This document shows positions 1 through 10,385 of a DNA stretch of 64,000 bases, piece by piece. Every line of letters starts with the position of its first letter. Positions within the stretch are counted from its first letter, which is position 1. The notes under the pieces are model-generated. The model ran no database searches, was not told where the DNA came from, and worked only from the letters and a program-made list of their open reading frames with translations. The stretch covers positions 12,752 through 76,751 of the forward strand of contig NZ_JAPNJX010000001.1 in NCBI RefSeq assembly GCF_026626685.1, in the 5' to 3' direction. Position numbers and translations under genes: made by a program. Source of the DNA: Nannocystis sp. SCPEA4 (lineage in GTDB: Bacteria > Myxococcota_A > Polyangia > Nannocystales > Nannocystaceae).

Positions 1-2
1 TG

Positions 3-257
3 CTGACAGCCGGCCGCACGTGGATGCGCCGCAACCTCGGCGACGGCCCGCGCAGGACCCGCTGGGGCATCGGCCGCGCCAACACCAGCGTCTACAATCG
101 ATCGGGCGAGCCGTGTCCGCGCTGCGGCACCGCGATCGCCGTGCGCCGGCAGGGCACGCTCGGGCGCACCACCTATTACTGCCCGCAATGCCAGCAGGCT
201 GCGGCCGCAGTCGCACCGCCACGCGGCCGCGTCATGGTCCGCGGCCCGGCCCGCTGA
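3..257 (+). CDS. mutM: formamidopyrimidine-DNA glycosylase MutM/Fpg, C-terminal fragment (gene starts upstream of window)
   Basis: C-terminal zinc finger CPRCGTAIAVRRQGTLGRTTYYCPQCQ is typical of Fpg. The frame is open from the window edge and ends with a stop at 255-257. Confidence 0.8.
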   Translation: MTAGRTWMRRNLGDGPRRTRWGIGRANTSVYNRSGEPCPRCGTAIAVRRQGTLGRTTYYCPQCQQAAAAVAPPRGRVMVRGPAR

Positions 258-329
258 CCGTTCGCCAGCCTGTCCGTCACGACATGCCCGTCCGGACATG
301 CCCTGTTCGACATGTCCCTGACGGCAAGA

Positions 330-1499
330 TCAGCGCGGCGCTTCGCTGCGACGGTGGCCGCCGAGCTTGAGCTTGATGCCTGCCTGTCCCGGGTCCTGCG
401 CCGGCTCGCTCGGCTCGCTCGCCGGTTCGCTCGCCGTGCCGCCCTCGGCCGGCTCGCCCTGCGGCTCTGGCGTCGTCGTCTCCGGCGCCGCCTCGGGCTT
501 GGCGATCCCGAGCCCGCGATCGACCTCCGCCAGGCGGTCTTCGCGGGCCGCCTTCTCTTCCATCAGGACCAGGTTGATCCAGCGCTCGTCGGCGAACGAG
601 ACCGTGCCGTCGGTCGCGACCGTGTACTCGACCCTGGGCGACACCGGGCGGACGAACGAGTTGGGCGCGCGCGGCATCTGGATGTCGCGCAGCACCACCG
701 AGAGGCACTCCTGGACCTTCTGCGGCAGCGAATTGGGCTCGACGCGGCTGACCAGCGTGTTGCCCTCGCGGTCGACCAGGTTGAGGCCCTCGACCGGGTA
801 CGTCCCGGCGCCGACGCGGCGCTCGAGGCAGCCCTTGCCGCGGATGGCCGCGATCGCCTGTTGCCGGCGCAGCTCGGCCTGGGCCTGCAGCGACCTGTCC
901 TCCGAGCCATCTCCGAGGCTGACCCAGTAGATCACGTCGAGGTACTGCACCACCCCGCTGCGGTTCTTGATCCACTTGCGGCTCTGGATCGCCTCCATGA
1001 TGCAGGGCTCGATCTCCGGGTCCTTGAAGCCGGTGTCGAGCACCTCGGTGCGCAGCACCTCGCCGTCGGGCGACAGGCGCGTGCGGATCTTGACCTGCCC
1101 TTCGGGCACGTCGACATACGCCTCCTCGCCGTCGCGCTTGCCCCGCTTCATCGTCTCGATGGCGCGGTTGACGAAGCACGCCGCGGCCGGCGGGCGCAGG
1201 GCCTGGGCGATCTCGTTCAGGCGCTGCAGGTCGAACAGGTTCTCGGCCCGCTTCGACGGCAGGATGATCACGCCCTCGTTGCTGCTGCGGACCGCCTTTT
1301 GGATGTAGCGCGTGCCCTGGCCGAACGAGTTGTGGCCGGTCGGTGGGGCGCCCTTGCGCGCCGCGCAGCCTGCTGCGAGGAGGACGACGCACGACGCCAG
1401 CGCGGCCGCGGGCGCAAATCGCGCGCGAACGCCCGCGGAGGCGCCGCGAGGCTTGCTTCCGGGTTCACTCTCGGAGCGCATCGACCGGGGGTGTAGCAC
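330..1499 (-). CDS. hypothetical lipoprotein with Pro/Glu-rich N-terminal linker
   Basis: Signal peptide with lipobox (VVLLAAGC) and a PE-rich low-complexity region followed by a globular C-terminal domain. No family recognised with confidence. Confidence 0.5.
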   Translation of the reverse strand: MLHPRSMRSESEPGSKPRGASAGVRARFAPAAALASCVVLLAAGCAARKGAPPTGHNSFGQGTRYIQKAVRSSNEGVIILPSKRAENLFDLQRLNEIAQALRPPAAACFVNRAIETMKRGKRDGEEAYVDVPEGQVKIRTRLSPDGEVLRTEVLDTGFKDPEIEPCIMEAIQSRKWIKNRSGVVQYLDVIYWVSLGDGSEDRSLQAQAELRRQQAIAAIRGKGCLERRVGAGTYPVEGLNLVDREGNTLVSRVEPNSLPQKVQECLSVVLRDIQMPRAPNSFVRPVSPRVEYTVATDGTVSFADERWINLVLMEEKAAREDRLAEVDRGLGIAKPEAAPETTTPEPQGEPAEGGTASEPASEPSEPAQDPGQAGIKLKLGGHRRSEAPR

Positions 1500-1551
1500 G
1501 CCGCGGCCCTTCCCGCGGGGGCCGAAGTTGGCTATGGGAACGGGGAACCAT

Positions 1552-2674
<1,123 letters not shown>

Positions 2675-2699
2675 GCGCCCGCCGCTCCCCGCGCGCCTG

Positions 2700-2762
2700 T
2701 CCGATCGGGCCTGCTCCGAGAACCCTGTCCGCAAGTACCTGTCCGCAAGGACCTGTCCCCGA
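2700..2762. repeat. four CCTGTCC(G/C)-type units in gcvT-gcvH spacer
   Basis: gcctgtccgatcgg...ccctgtccgcaagtacctgtccgcaaggacctgtccccgacc. Confidence 0.75.
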
Positions 2763-2781
2763 CCACCCCGAAGCCTTCATC

Positions 2782-3171
2782 ATGTCCGACATCCCGCGCA
2801 ACCTCCGCTACACCAAGGATCACGAGTGGGCCCGCCTCGAGGCCGACGGCACCGTCGTCGTCGGCATCACCGCCCACGCGGTCGACAACCTCGGCGACGT
2901 CACCGTCGTCGGCCTGCCGACCGTCGGCGCCCGCTTCAGCGCCGGTGACTCGTTCGGCACCGTCGACTCGGTCAAGGCCGTGAGCGAGCTGTACGCGCCG
3001 CTCGACGGCGAGGTGGTCGCGATCAACGAGCGGCTCAACGACACCCCCGAGCTGGTCAACACCAGCTGCTACGGCGACGGCTGGATGATCCAGATCCGCC
3101 CCGCCGACCCGCGCGCGCTGGACGGCCTGCTCGACGCCGATCAGTACGAGGCCCACCTCAAGAGCGAGTGA
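2782..3171 (+). CDS. gcvH: glycine cleavage system H protein (lipoyl carrier)
   Basis: 129 aa. YTKDHEWARLE N-terminus, lipoyl-lysine motif ESVKAVSELYAP, and position immediately after gcvT. Confidence 0.9.
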   Translation: MSDIPRNLRYTKDHEWARLEADGTVVVGITAHAVDNLGDVTVVGLPTVGARFSAGDSFGTVDSVKAVSELYAPLDGEVVAINERLNDTPELVNTSCYGDGWMIQIRPADPRALDGLLDADQYEAHLKSE

Positions 3172-3181
3172 CGCGATCGGC

Positions 3182-4183
3182 ATGACTGTTTGGCTCGCGC
3201 TCGCCGCGGCGCTCGGCCTCGCGCCGGCCACGGCCTCGACGCCCGCCCCCGAGGGTCCGGCGGCGCCGCCTGCGAGCCCAAACACCCCCGCGCCCGCCCC
3301 CGAGGGCCCTGCGACGGTGCCGTGGAGCCCCACCTCACCGTTGCCCGCGGCTCGTCCTCCCGTCGAGGCCGAGGGCAACGCCCGCGCCGAGCCGCCGGGC
3401 GGGATACCGCCCGCAGGCGTGCCGAAGATCCCGTCGCCGCGCTCGCTCGCCACCTACGGCAAGGGCCCGGTCAAACGTGTCACCGAGGAGACCCTCGGCG
3501 CCGTCGGCCTGACACGCCAGCGCGACGGCAGGCTGATGTACGTCGACCCCGGCAAGCGCTTCACCGCCGAGTTCAACGCCGACGGCACCGTCCGCTTCGG
3601 CGACCGCTGGAACCGCGACCAGCACGGCAACAAGATGAAGGGCTCGCGCGCCGCCCTGCGCCAGATCAACATGGCCGGGCTCGGCGTCTCGGGCCCCTCG
3701 GAGTGGCTGGTCAAGCTGCAGGACCTCATGGGCGGGCCCGAGGTCGACGCCAGCGCCAAGCGCGAGTTCCTCGATCGCACCCGCGAGCTCCGCACGCAGA
3801 TGGCGATCGAGTGGACCATGCGGATCTTGACCTACCGCCTCGGCACCCTCGAGCGCGAGCTGTTCGAGCTGTGGAGCGCCGCCGGCGACCCCGCGGCCAA
3901 GCGCGAGCTGATCTTCCAGCGCTGGGACGAGTGCGACGAGGCCTACCGCGTCACCATCGAGGGCGAGCTGCCCGAAGAGGCCGTCTCGGAGCTCGATCGC
4001 GTGCGCACCGACACCGCCGACGAGGCGCGCCGGATCATCGAGCAGTTCGTGCGCCGCCAGCTGCCGCGCACCGGCCCGAACGCCTACAGCCGCAACGAGC
4101 TGACCGAGCTCAATCGTCGCCGCACCAGCCGGCAAGAGTTCCGCCCCTACGACCTGCAAGCGAACAAGAGGACCGCCCCGTGA
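3182..4183 (+). CDS. hypothetical secreted protein (Ala/Pro-rich N-terminus)
   Basis: Signal peptide followed by a PAPEGPA repeat region and a charged helical C-terminus. Overlaps the next gene by GTGA. Confidence 0.5.
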   Translation: MTVWLALAAALGLAPATASTPAPEGPAAPPASPNTPAPAPEGPATVPWSPTSPLPAARPPVEAEGNARAEPPGGIPPAGVPKIPSPRSLATYGKGPVKRVTEETLGAVGLTRQRDGRLMYVDPGKRFTAEFNADGTVRFGDRWNRDQHGNKMKGSRAALRQINMAGLGVSGPSEWLVKLQDLMGGPEVDASAKREFLDRTRELRTQMAIEWTMRILTYRLGTLERELFELWSAAGDPAAKRELIFQRWDECDEAYRVTIEGELPEEAVSELDRVRTDTADEARRIIEQFVRRQLPRTGPNAYSRNELTELNRRRTSRQEFRPYDLQANKRTAP

Positions 4184-5349
4184 CTCCGATCCGCCCCGAA
4201 CTGCAGCCCGAGCTGGCCCGCTACCGCAGCGACTACCCGATCCTCGCCCACTCGGTCTACATGAACAGCAACAGCATGGGCGCGATGCCGCGGCAGGCCG
4301 CCGACGCCCTGCAGAAGTACACCGACGACTGGGCCGGCGAGGGCGTCGAGGTGTGGCCGCACTGGCTCGACGTCATGCGCGACACCGCCGACAGCGCCGC
4401 GCGCTTCCTCAATGCCCCGCCGGGGCAGACGATCCTCAACCAGAACGTCGCCTACTTCCAGGCCGCGATCGCCAGCTGCCTCGAATACTCGAAAGCCAAG
4501 AACCGCGTCGTCGTCGAGTCGCTGCAGTTCCCCAACGTCCTCTACGTGTGGGACCGCTTCACCGACCTCGGCGCCGAGCTGGCGCTCGTGCCCTCGGACG
4601 ACGGCATGACGATCCCGACCGAGCGCATGCTCGAGGCGATCGACGAGCGAACCGCGATCGTCCCGCTGTCGCACGGCATCTACGTCTCGGGCGCGCTGCA
4701 GGACATCACCGCGATCACCCGCCGGGCCCACGAGGTCGGCGCGCTCGTCATGGTCGACGTCTACCAGACCGCCGGCGCCGTCCCGATCGACGTCGCCGAG
4801 TGGGACGCCGACATCGTCGTCGGCGGCAGCCACAAGTGGCTGTGCGGCGGCCCCGGCACCGCCTTCATGTGGATGAAGCCCGAGGTGCGCGAGCGCCTCA
4901 GGCCGCGCCTCGTCGGCTGGATGGGCCACCAGGACCCGTTCGCCTTCGAGGCGCCGCCGATCCGCTTCGCCGACGACCACCGCCACTTCCTCGCCGGCAC
5001 GCCCTCGATCCCCGCCTACTACGTCGCCCGCGCCGCCTACGAGAACCTGCACGAGATCGGGGTGCCGCGGATCCGCGCCCACAACCTCGCGCTGTGCCAG
5101 CGGATCATCGACCGGGCCCAGGCCGCCGGCCTCGTCGTCCACTCGCCGCTCGACCACGAGCGCCGCACCGGCTTCGTCGCCGTCGACTTCGCGGGCAGCG
5201 AGGAGGCCAGCAAGCGCCTCATCGACGAGCGCTACAAGCTCGACTGGCGCCCCAACTGCGGCCTCCGCCTCGGGCCCCACTTCTACAACACGGAGGCAGA
5301 GGTCGAGAGCATGATGGACCGCATCGTCGCCCTCGCCGGCCGCGCATGA
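4180..5349 (+). CDS. aminotransferase class V / kynureninase-family PLP-dependent enzyme
   Basis: SHKWLCGGPG PLP-lysine region, fold-type I architecture, about 390 aa. GTG start at 4180 overlaps the upstream stop. An alternative ATG lies near 4258. Confidence 0.8.
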   Translation: MTPIRPELQPELARYRSDYPILAHSVYMNSNSMGAMPRQAADALQKYTDDWAGEGVEVWPHWLDVMRDTADSAARFLNAPPGQTILNQNVAYFQAAIASCLEYSKAKNRVVVESLQFPNVLYVWDRFTDLGAELALVPSDDGMTIPTERMLEAIDERTAIVPLSHGIYVSGALQDITAITRRAHEVGALVMVDVYQTAGAVPIDVAEWDADIVVGGSHKWLCGGPGTAFMWMKPEVRERLRPRLVGWMGHQDPFAFEAPPIRFADDHRHFLAGTPSIPAYYVARAAYENLHEIGVPRIRAHNLALCQRIIDRAQAAGLVVHSPLDHERRTGFVAVDFAGSEEASKRLIDERYKLDWRPNCGLRLGPHFYNTEAEVESMMDRIVALAGRA

Positions 5350-5711
5350 TGAGCGAGGCCCAAGACGCTCGCCGCCGATTCGCGTGCGGCGAGAATGGGC
5401 CGCTGCGGCGGCGCGGGGCTGCGGGAGAACTGGGTGGGGCGGGCCGGGCGCGGCGAGAACGGGTCCCTCGCGACGCGAGACCTGCCATGCCAGATGCTCG
5501 GCGCGGAGTGTTTTATCATAGCATGTCCGAAGAGACATCCCGCGCCTGCGCGTCAGGCATGGGGCCCCTCGCTGCGTCCCATTCTCGCCACGCCCGGCCC
5601 GCCCCGCGACGATCGTCTCGGGCCCCGCTCGGCGAGATACGGAGAATGTCGTGCCGCCGGAATTGCGCTGCGTCGGCCCCGGTTGAATCAGCTCGCGCCT
5701 GAGCGCCCACC

Positions 5712-6032
5712 ATGCACCCCGACTACGCCCGCATCTACGCCACCATTCAGCGGATCCCCCGCGGCCGCGTGGCCACCTACGGCCAGATCGCCGAGCTCGC
5801 CGGCTTGCCCGGTCGTGCCCGCCAGGTCGGCTACGCCCTCCACGCCCTACCCGGCGGCAGCCCTGTCCCGTGGCAGCGCGTCCTCAACGCCCGCGGCGAG
5901 ATCAGCCTGCCCGGGTCCTCCGGCGCCCGCCAGCGCGCTCTCCTGATCGAGGAGGGCGTCGAGTTCGGCGACAGCGGCCGCATCGACCTCGGCACCTACC
6001 AGTGGCGGCCGCGCCCCGCCCGGCGCCGCTGA
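5712..6032 (+). CDS. MGMT-family DNA-binding domain protein (YbaZ-like, methylated-DNA-protein-cysteine methyltransferase C-domain without catalytic Cys context)
   Basis: 106 aa. The RIPRGRVATYGQIAELAG...PWQRVLNARGEIS pattern matches the Ogt/Ada C-terminal DNA-binding domain. Confidence 0.75.
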   Translation: MHPDYARIYATIQRIPRGRVATYGQIAELAGLPGRARQVGYALHALPGGSPVPWQRVLNARGEISLPGSSGARQRALLIEEGVEFGDSGRIDLGTYQWRPRPARRR

Positions 6033-6090
6033 CCGTTCGCACATGTCCTCGACGGCATGTCTTCACCGACATGTCCTCCGCGACAGGACC

Positions 6091-6468
6091 TCACTTGCGC
6101 CCGAGGCCGACCCCCTCGGCGATGACGGCGAGCAGCTCCCCCGTGTTCGCGTCGAACTCGAGCCCGACGTTGGGCGGGTTGCCGCGGAACGGCCACCCGT
6201 CGTCGTAGACCATGGCGACGCGGATCCGCTCGCCCGTGTACGGAGGCGCCATCACGATCTCGGTGTAGACGCGCTGCTGCAGCTCCGGTGGCAGCAACAC
6301 CACCAGTCCGGCGAGATCCCGGCCCACGCGGTCGTCGTACTCGCGTCGCCGTCGCCACCGCGCGTACCCCACCCTCGTCATTTCGAAGAGGCCAACCCCC
6401 GCGATCACGCCGAGTACGAACCACCAGTCCATGCCGTCGTCGTACCACGGCCCGTGTCCTGTCGTCAT
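6091..6468 (-). CDS. small hypothetical membrane protein
   Basis: Hydrophobic helix (WWFVLGVIAGVGLF). The start overlaps the stop of the upstream small ORF (ATGA). Confidence 0.35.
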   Translation of the reverse strand: MTTGHGPWYDDGMDWWFVLGVIAGVGLFEMTRVGYARWRRRREYDDRVGRDLAGLVVLLPPELQQRVYTEIVMAPPYTGERIRVAMVYDDGWPFRGNPPNVGLEFDANTGELLAVIAEGVGLGRK

Positions 6469-6740
6469 CCTCCGCGGCCGCCTCGGCGCCTCGAGGCGCG
6501 ATGCAGTCGATCGAGGAGCGGACCGGTGAGCGCCGGCAGATAGCGATCGATGATCCTCCCCGTCACCAGGCTCCACGCCGGAACGAGGACCCACGCCCAC
6601 CACGCGGACAGCGAGAGCAAGTGGCAGACGAGGAGCGGCAGGCCGACCGTCCAGAGCATCATTGCCGGGACGTTGACGGCTATGTGCCAGCGGGGCGGCG
6701 CCCCCTCACTGGGCGTCCGTTCGCTCTCAAGCTTCTGCAC
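6465..6740 (-). CDS. small hypothetical membrane protein
   Basis: Two predicted TM helices (MMLWTVGLPLLVCHLL / WWAWVLVPAWSLV). Translationally coupled to the downstream small ORF. Confidence 0.3.
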   Translation of the reverse strand: MQKLESERTPSEGAPPRWHIAVNVPAMMLWTVGLPLLVCHLLSLSAWWAWVLVPAWSLVTGRIIDRYLPALTGPLLDRLHRASRRRGGRGG

Positions 6741-6987
6741 ACCCGCATTCTACCTGGCGGCGAGCCGACGCGGCGAGCTTCGGCGGTGACACCTCGCGCC
6801 GCGCTAAGCACGGCCCGACCTGTTCCTGGCTACCCGCCGGGGCACAGGCACTCGTCACAGTCCAGCGTCACACGGCCGACTCCCGAGCGCCATCGCCATT
6901 CGCGAGGTCGAGCGCGACCGGCGGCATCCAGGTCACCGCCCTGCCTCCCCGGACGACCTCCCGCGCCGCAGCTGGCATGCCTTCCGC

Positions 6988-7078
6988 GACATATCTTATC
7001 AAGAATGTCCTTTTCGTCATGTTGCATTCGACATGTCCTATCCGACACGTCCTGGACGACATGCCCCATTGCCACCCG
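6988..7078. repeat. array of GACATGTCC-family repeat units
   Basis: cgacatatctt...gaatgtcc...gtcatgttgc...cgacatgtcctatccgacacgtcctggacgacatgcccc. Confidence 0.8.
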
Positions 7079-7251
7079 TCCATCTCCGGCCCGGCACGCA
7101 TCTCGATCCTCGGCCCGCCGGCCCGCCTGCGACAATCTCGCACCGCCCGGACGCGCTCCGGACCTCGACCTCGCCTCCGCCGCGCGCGGCAGCGTCCGCG
7201 CGAAGCGGGCCGGCCGGCGGCTCGCGCTTGCGGTAGGATGCACCGTCGCCG

Positions 7252-8319
7252 ATGCCGTTCGCGCCGCTCCTCGCCGCGCTGCTTGTCACCCAGGTGCCCG
7301 AACCTCCGGCCGAGGGCGCGATCGTCTGGCAGGCCCCGCCCGGCTGCCCCGATCGCGCCGCCCTCGAGCGGGCGATCGCCGGCCGGCTCGGTCGCGTGCC
7401 GACGGCCCAGGAGCTCGCGCTCGTCGGCCAGATCGGGCGCACCTCTGCCGGGCGTTACCACCTCGACCTGCGCCTCACCGTCGCCGGCCACACGCAGACG
7501 CGCGCGCTCACGACCCGCCAGTGCGCCGCCCTCGTCGACGCCGCCGCCCTGCTCAGCGCTCTCGCCCTCGACCCCTCCGCCGCTGCCGTCGATCCGGCCT
7601 TGCCGGTCGAGCTCGAGCCCTCGCCCGAGCCGCCGCTCCCCGACGAGCCCATCGAGCCCGACCCGCCAGCCTCCCAGGTCGCGCCCCCCGTCGAGCCCAC
7701 CCCGTCCGCGCGCCCCGAGCCCGTCGACGCCCCCGAACCTCCTCCCCCGGCCGTCGTCGTCGACCTCGCCGAGCCCACCCCGTCACCGCCCCCGCGCCGC
7801 CGCCCCGGCGGTTTCCTGCGCCTCTCCGGCGGCTTCGAGGTCGGCGCCCTCCCGCGCCCCACCGCTGGCCTCGACCTCGCCACCGGCGTGCTCTGGCGCC
7901 GCGCCCGGCTCGAGTTCCACGGCGTCTACCTCGGCCCGCAGACCGAGGCCCGCGGCGTCAATTCGGTGACCGTCTCCTTGCTCGCCGCCGGCGTCCAGGG
8001 CTGCGCCCGGCTCGGCCGCGCGCGCGTCGAGTTTCCCCTGTGCGGCGGCTTCGAGATGGGCGGCCTGCGCGGCGAGGGCCGCGGCCCCGGGGCCCGCACC
8101 GGCACCGGCTTCTGGACGGCCGCCCGCATCTCGGCCGGCGTCGCCTGGCATTTCCACCGCCTGCTGAGCCTCAATTTCGCCGCCCAGGGCCTCCTCCGCC
8201 TGGCCGCCGCGCGCTTCGACCTCAGCGACCCCGACGCCCCCGTCCGCCTGTTCGAGCCGTCCCCGGTGTCGCTGCGCCTGCTCCTCGGCCTCGAAGTGCG
8301 CCTCGGAGACCCATGGTGA
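7252..8319 (+). CDS. hypothetical secreted protein (Pro-rich linker, Gly-rich C-terminal domain)
   Basis: N-terminal signal-like helix and a PEPxP linker. The stop overlaps the start of the ECF sigma gene (ATGGTGA). Confidence 0.5.
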   Translation: MPFAPLLAALLVTQVPEPPAEGAIVWQAPPGCPDRAALERAIAGRLGRVPTAQELALVGQIGRTSAGRYHLDLRLTVAGHTQTRALTTRQCAALVDAAALLSALALDPSAAAVDPALPVELEPSPEPPLPDEPIEPDPPASQVAPPVEPTPSARPEPVDAPEPPPPAVVVDLAEPTPSPPPRRRPGGFLRLSGGFEVGALPRPTAGLDLATGVLWRRARLEFHGVYLGPQTEARGVNSVTVSLLAAGVQGCARLGRARVEFPLCGGFEMGGLRGEGRGPGARTGTGFWTAARISAGVAWHFHRLLSLNFAAQGLLRLAAARFDLSDPDAPVRLFEPSPVSLRLLLGLEVRLGDPW

Positions 8320-9626
8320 CGGAATCCTCGCGGCCCGGGGACAGCCCTCCTGGACCCGTGCAACTCACCGACCGAGAAGCGCGCTTTCGCGCCATCTACG
8401 ACCGCGAATTCCCCTTCGTGTGGGCCGCCGCCCGGTACTTCGGCGTCCCCGCGGCCGCCCGCGACGACGTCGTCCAAGACGTCTTTCTCACCGCCTTCCG
8501 CCGCTTCGACCAGGTCCACTACCAGGTCTCGGCGCGCGCCTGGCTGTACGGCGTCACGCGACGGGTCGCCTCGCATTACCACCGCGGCGCCGCCCGCCAC
8601 TCGCGCCGGATCGCCGCTTTCGGCGAGCTCACCGGCAGCCCCGGCGAGGCCCCGCACGAGCGCCACGACTCCGCCCGCGTGCTCGAGCGCCTGCTCGCCC
8701 GCCTGCCTCGCGGCGCCCGCGACGTGTGGGAGCTGACCGAGCTGCTCGGCATGAGCGGCCCCGAGATCGCCGCCGAGCTCGACCTGCCGCTCAACACCGT
8801 CTACTCGCGCCTCCGCCTCGCCCGCGCCCAGCTCCACGAGCTCGCCGCCAGCCCCGAGCTGCTGGCCGCCGCGCGCCGGCGCGACGATCCGCCGCCCGCG
8901 GCCGCCGAGCGCACCTGGGCCGTGATGTTCCCGCTGCTCGGGCCCGCCAAATTCGCCACCGTCGCCGCCGCCTGGGCCACCGCCCGCACCGGCGTCATGA
9001 CCACCCTCCTCCTCGCCGGCGCCACCGCCGTGGTCGCCGCGGCCCCGCCCCGCCAGGCCCGCGACCGCGCCGCCGAGACCGCCCTGTCCCGAGAGACATC
9101 TGATTCGGCTCGCCCTGCGACAGCTGCGCCCCCGCTCGCGTCGGGCCTGTCCCCGGAGACATCCGAATCCGTCGGCGCTCCGCCGGCGCCCGCCGTGCCC
9201 GACCTGTCCCGCGAGACATCCGGGCCCGCTGGCAACCTGTCGCAAGGGCCAGCTCGCAGCGCCGGCCACCACTTCGCGGTCGAGGTCGACCGCGCCCGCG
9301 CCAGCGACGCCCTCGCCGCCGAGGTCGCCCTCCTCGATCGCGCTCGCGCCCGCCTCGACGCCCGCGATCCGGCGGCCGCCGCCCAGCTGCTGGCCACGCA
9401 CGCGCGCGAGTTCCCGCGCGGCGCCCTCGTCGACGCCCGCGAGGCCGCGGCGGTCGAGGTCCTGTGCCTGCAGGGTCGCCCCGCCGACGCGGCCGCCGCG
9501 GCCCAGCGCCTGGCCGCGCGGCTGCCCGACTCGGTGCTCGCCCGCCGCTTCGAGCGCTTCGTCTGCCCCGACGCCCCGCCGCCGACGGAAACCGGCGCCG
9601 CCGGGGACGAGTCCGGGCGGAGGTAG
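8313..9626 (+). CDS. ECF sigma factor fused to a C-terminal transmembrane anti-sigma-like extension
   Basis: Sigma-70 region 2 (DVVQDVFLTAFRRFDQ...WLYGVTRRV) and region 4 (ELLGMSGPEIAAELDLPLNTVYSRLRLAR). These are followed in the same frame, with no stop, by a TM helix (TTLLLAGATAVVAAA) and a C-terminal domain with triple LS(R/P)ETS repeats. Confidence 0.75.
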   Translation: MVTESSRPGDSPPGPVQLTDREARFRAIYDREFPFVWAAARYFGVPAAARDDVVQDVFLTAFRRFDQVHYQVSARAWLYGVTRRVASHYHRGAARHSRRIAAFGELTGSPGEAPHERHDSARVLERLLARLPRGARDVWELTELLGMSGPEIAAELDLPLNTVYSRLRLARAQLHELAASPELLAAARRRDDPPPAAAERTWAVMFPLLGPAKFATVAAAWATARTGVMTTLLLAGATAVVAAAPPRQARDRAAETALSRETSDSARPATAAPPLASGLSPETSESVGAPPAPAVPDLSRETSGPAGNLSQGPARSAGHHFAVEVDRARASDALAAEVALLDRARARLDARDPAAAAQLLATHAREFPRGALVDAREAAAVEVLCLQGRPADAAAAAQRLAARLPDSVLARRFERFVCPDAPPPTETGAAGDESGRR

Positions 9627-9653
9627 ACGGTTCCCCGCCGCCCCGCCGCGGGC

Positions 9654-10076
9654 TCACTCGTTGTGCGCCAGCACGGCGCGGATCCGCAGCGCCCCTTCGT
9701 CGTCGCGGCGCAGCGCATAGGTGGAGCGCTCGTTGCCGACCTCGCGCCCGGACGAGTCGTGGTACGGCCAGCGCACGCGCACCAGGACGACGCGTTCGCC
9801 GAGCCACTCGCGCTCCTCGACGTCGGCGCGGGTCGAGGTCACTCCGCGGTCGGTGTACTGCGCGCGCGACCCGGCGAAGAAGCGCTCGACCTCCTCGCGG
9901 CGGGCGATGGCCTGGACCCCCGCGTCGGCGAGCAGCAGCGCCGGTGTCTCGTACAGCGTCGCCACCGTCAGCGAGTCCCCCTCCACCAGTGCGTGGCCGA
10001 GGATCGTGAAGAACGCGTCGACCTCCTGGTCACGCTCCTGGTTCGTCGCGGTCATCATGTGTGCACCGTGTTGCAC
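9654..10076 (-). CDS. hypothetical protein, NTF2/SnoaL-like fold candidate
   Basis: 140 aa soluble protein. No strong family match; start may be at MMTATNQ (10058). Confidence 0.45.
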   Translation of the reverse strand: MQHGAHMMTATNQERDQEVDAFFTILGHALVEGDSLTVATLYETPALLLADAGVQAIARREEVERFFAGSRAQYTDRGVTSTRADVEEREWLGERVVLVRVRWPYHDSSGREVGNERSTYALRRDDEGALRIRAVLAHNE

Positions 10077-10287
10077 GCAGCGATCGACGCAAGTCCCGAC
10101 CGACTCGTCGCGCCACTTTTGCCACCCGCGGGGCCTCCACGGCCCATTTCAACCCTTCCGCGCAAAACCCGCGAATCCCCGGCCCAGCGGCCGCGACCGC
10201 CGCCGCCCGCTCGCGCGCTCAGCGGCGCCCCCGTTCTCGCCACGAGCTCGCGGTCGGCGCGAACCGGCCGCCAGCCCTCGCCCTGCC

Positions 10288-10382
10288 TGCCGTTCGGACA
10301 TGTCCCCTTCGACATGTCCCTCGTGACATTCCCTCTCAGACATGTCCTCATCGACATGCCCCTCAGGACATGTCCCGCTCCC
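10288..10382. repeat. tandem array of six or more degenerate ~13 bp units with core GACATGTCC (member of window-wide palindromic repeat family)
   Basis: ttcGGACATGTCCccttcGACATGTCCctcgtGACATTCCctctcaGACATGTCCtcatcGACATGCCCctcagGACATGTCCcgc. Confidence 0.85.
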
Positions 10383-10385
10383 ACC

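Noticed and set aside
20-370. 116-aa ORF 20..370 overlapping the mutM tail and the repeat array
   Set aside because: It is the +1 frame across the mutM 3' end and a TCPxGHV-type repeat translation. The conserved MutM zinc-finger frame is the real one.
312-1496. 394-aa plus-strand ORF opposite the lipoprotein gene 330..1499
   Set aside because: Leu/Arg/Ala-rich antisense translation. The minus strand has a signal peptide, a lipobox and a globular domain.
6288-8312. Upstream ~2 kb of the 1112-aa ORF 6288..9626, giving an Arg/Pro-rich translation
   Set aside because: The translation is low-complexity RPRA-type typical of off-frame reading of GC-rich DNA. It overlaps the repeat array and the gene 7252-8319. 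Only the part from the ATG at 8313 has protein-like motifs.
10288-10382. Considered whether the short tandem repeat arrays are CRISPR arrays
   Set aside because: Units are only ~13 bp, degenerate and contiguous. There are no unique spacers of uniform length and no cas genes in the window.
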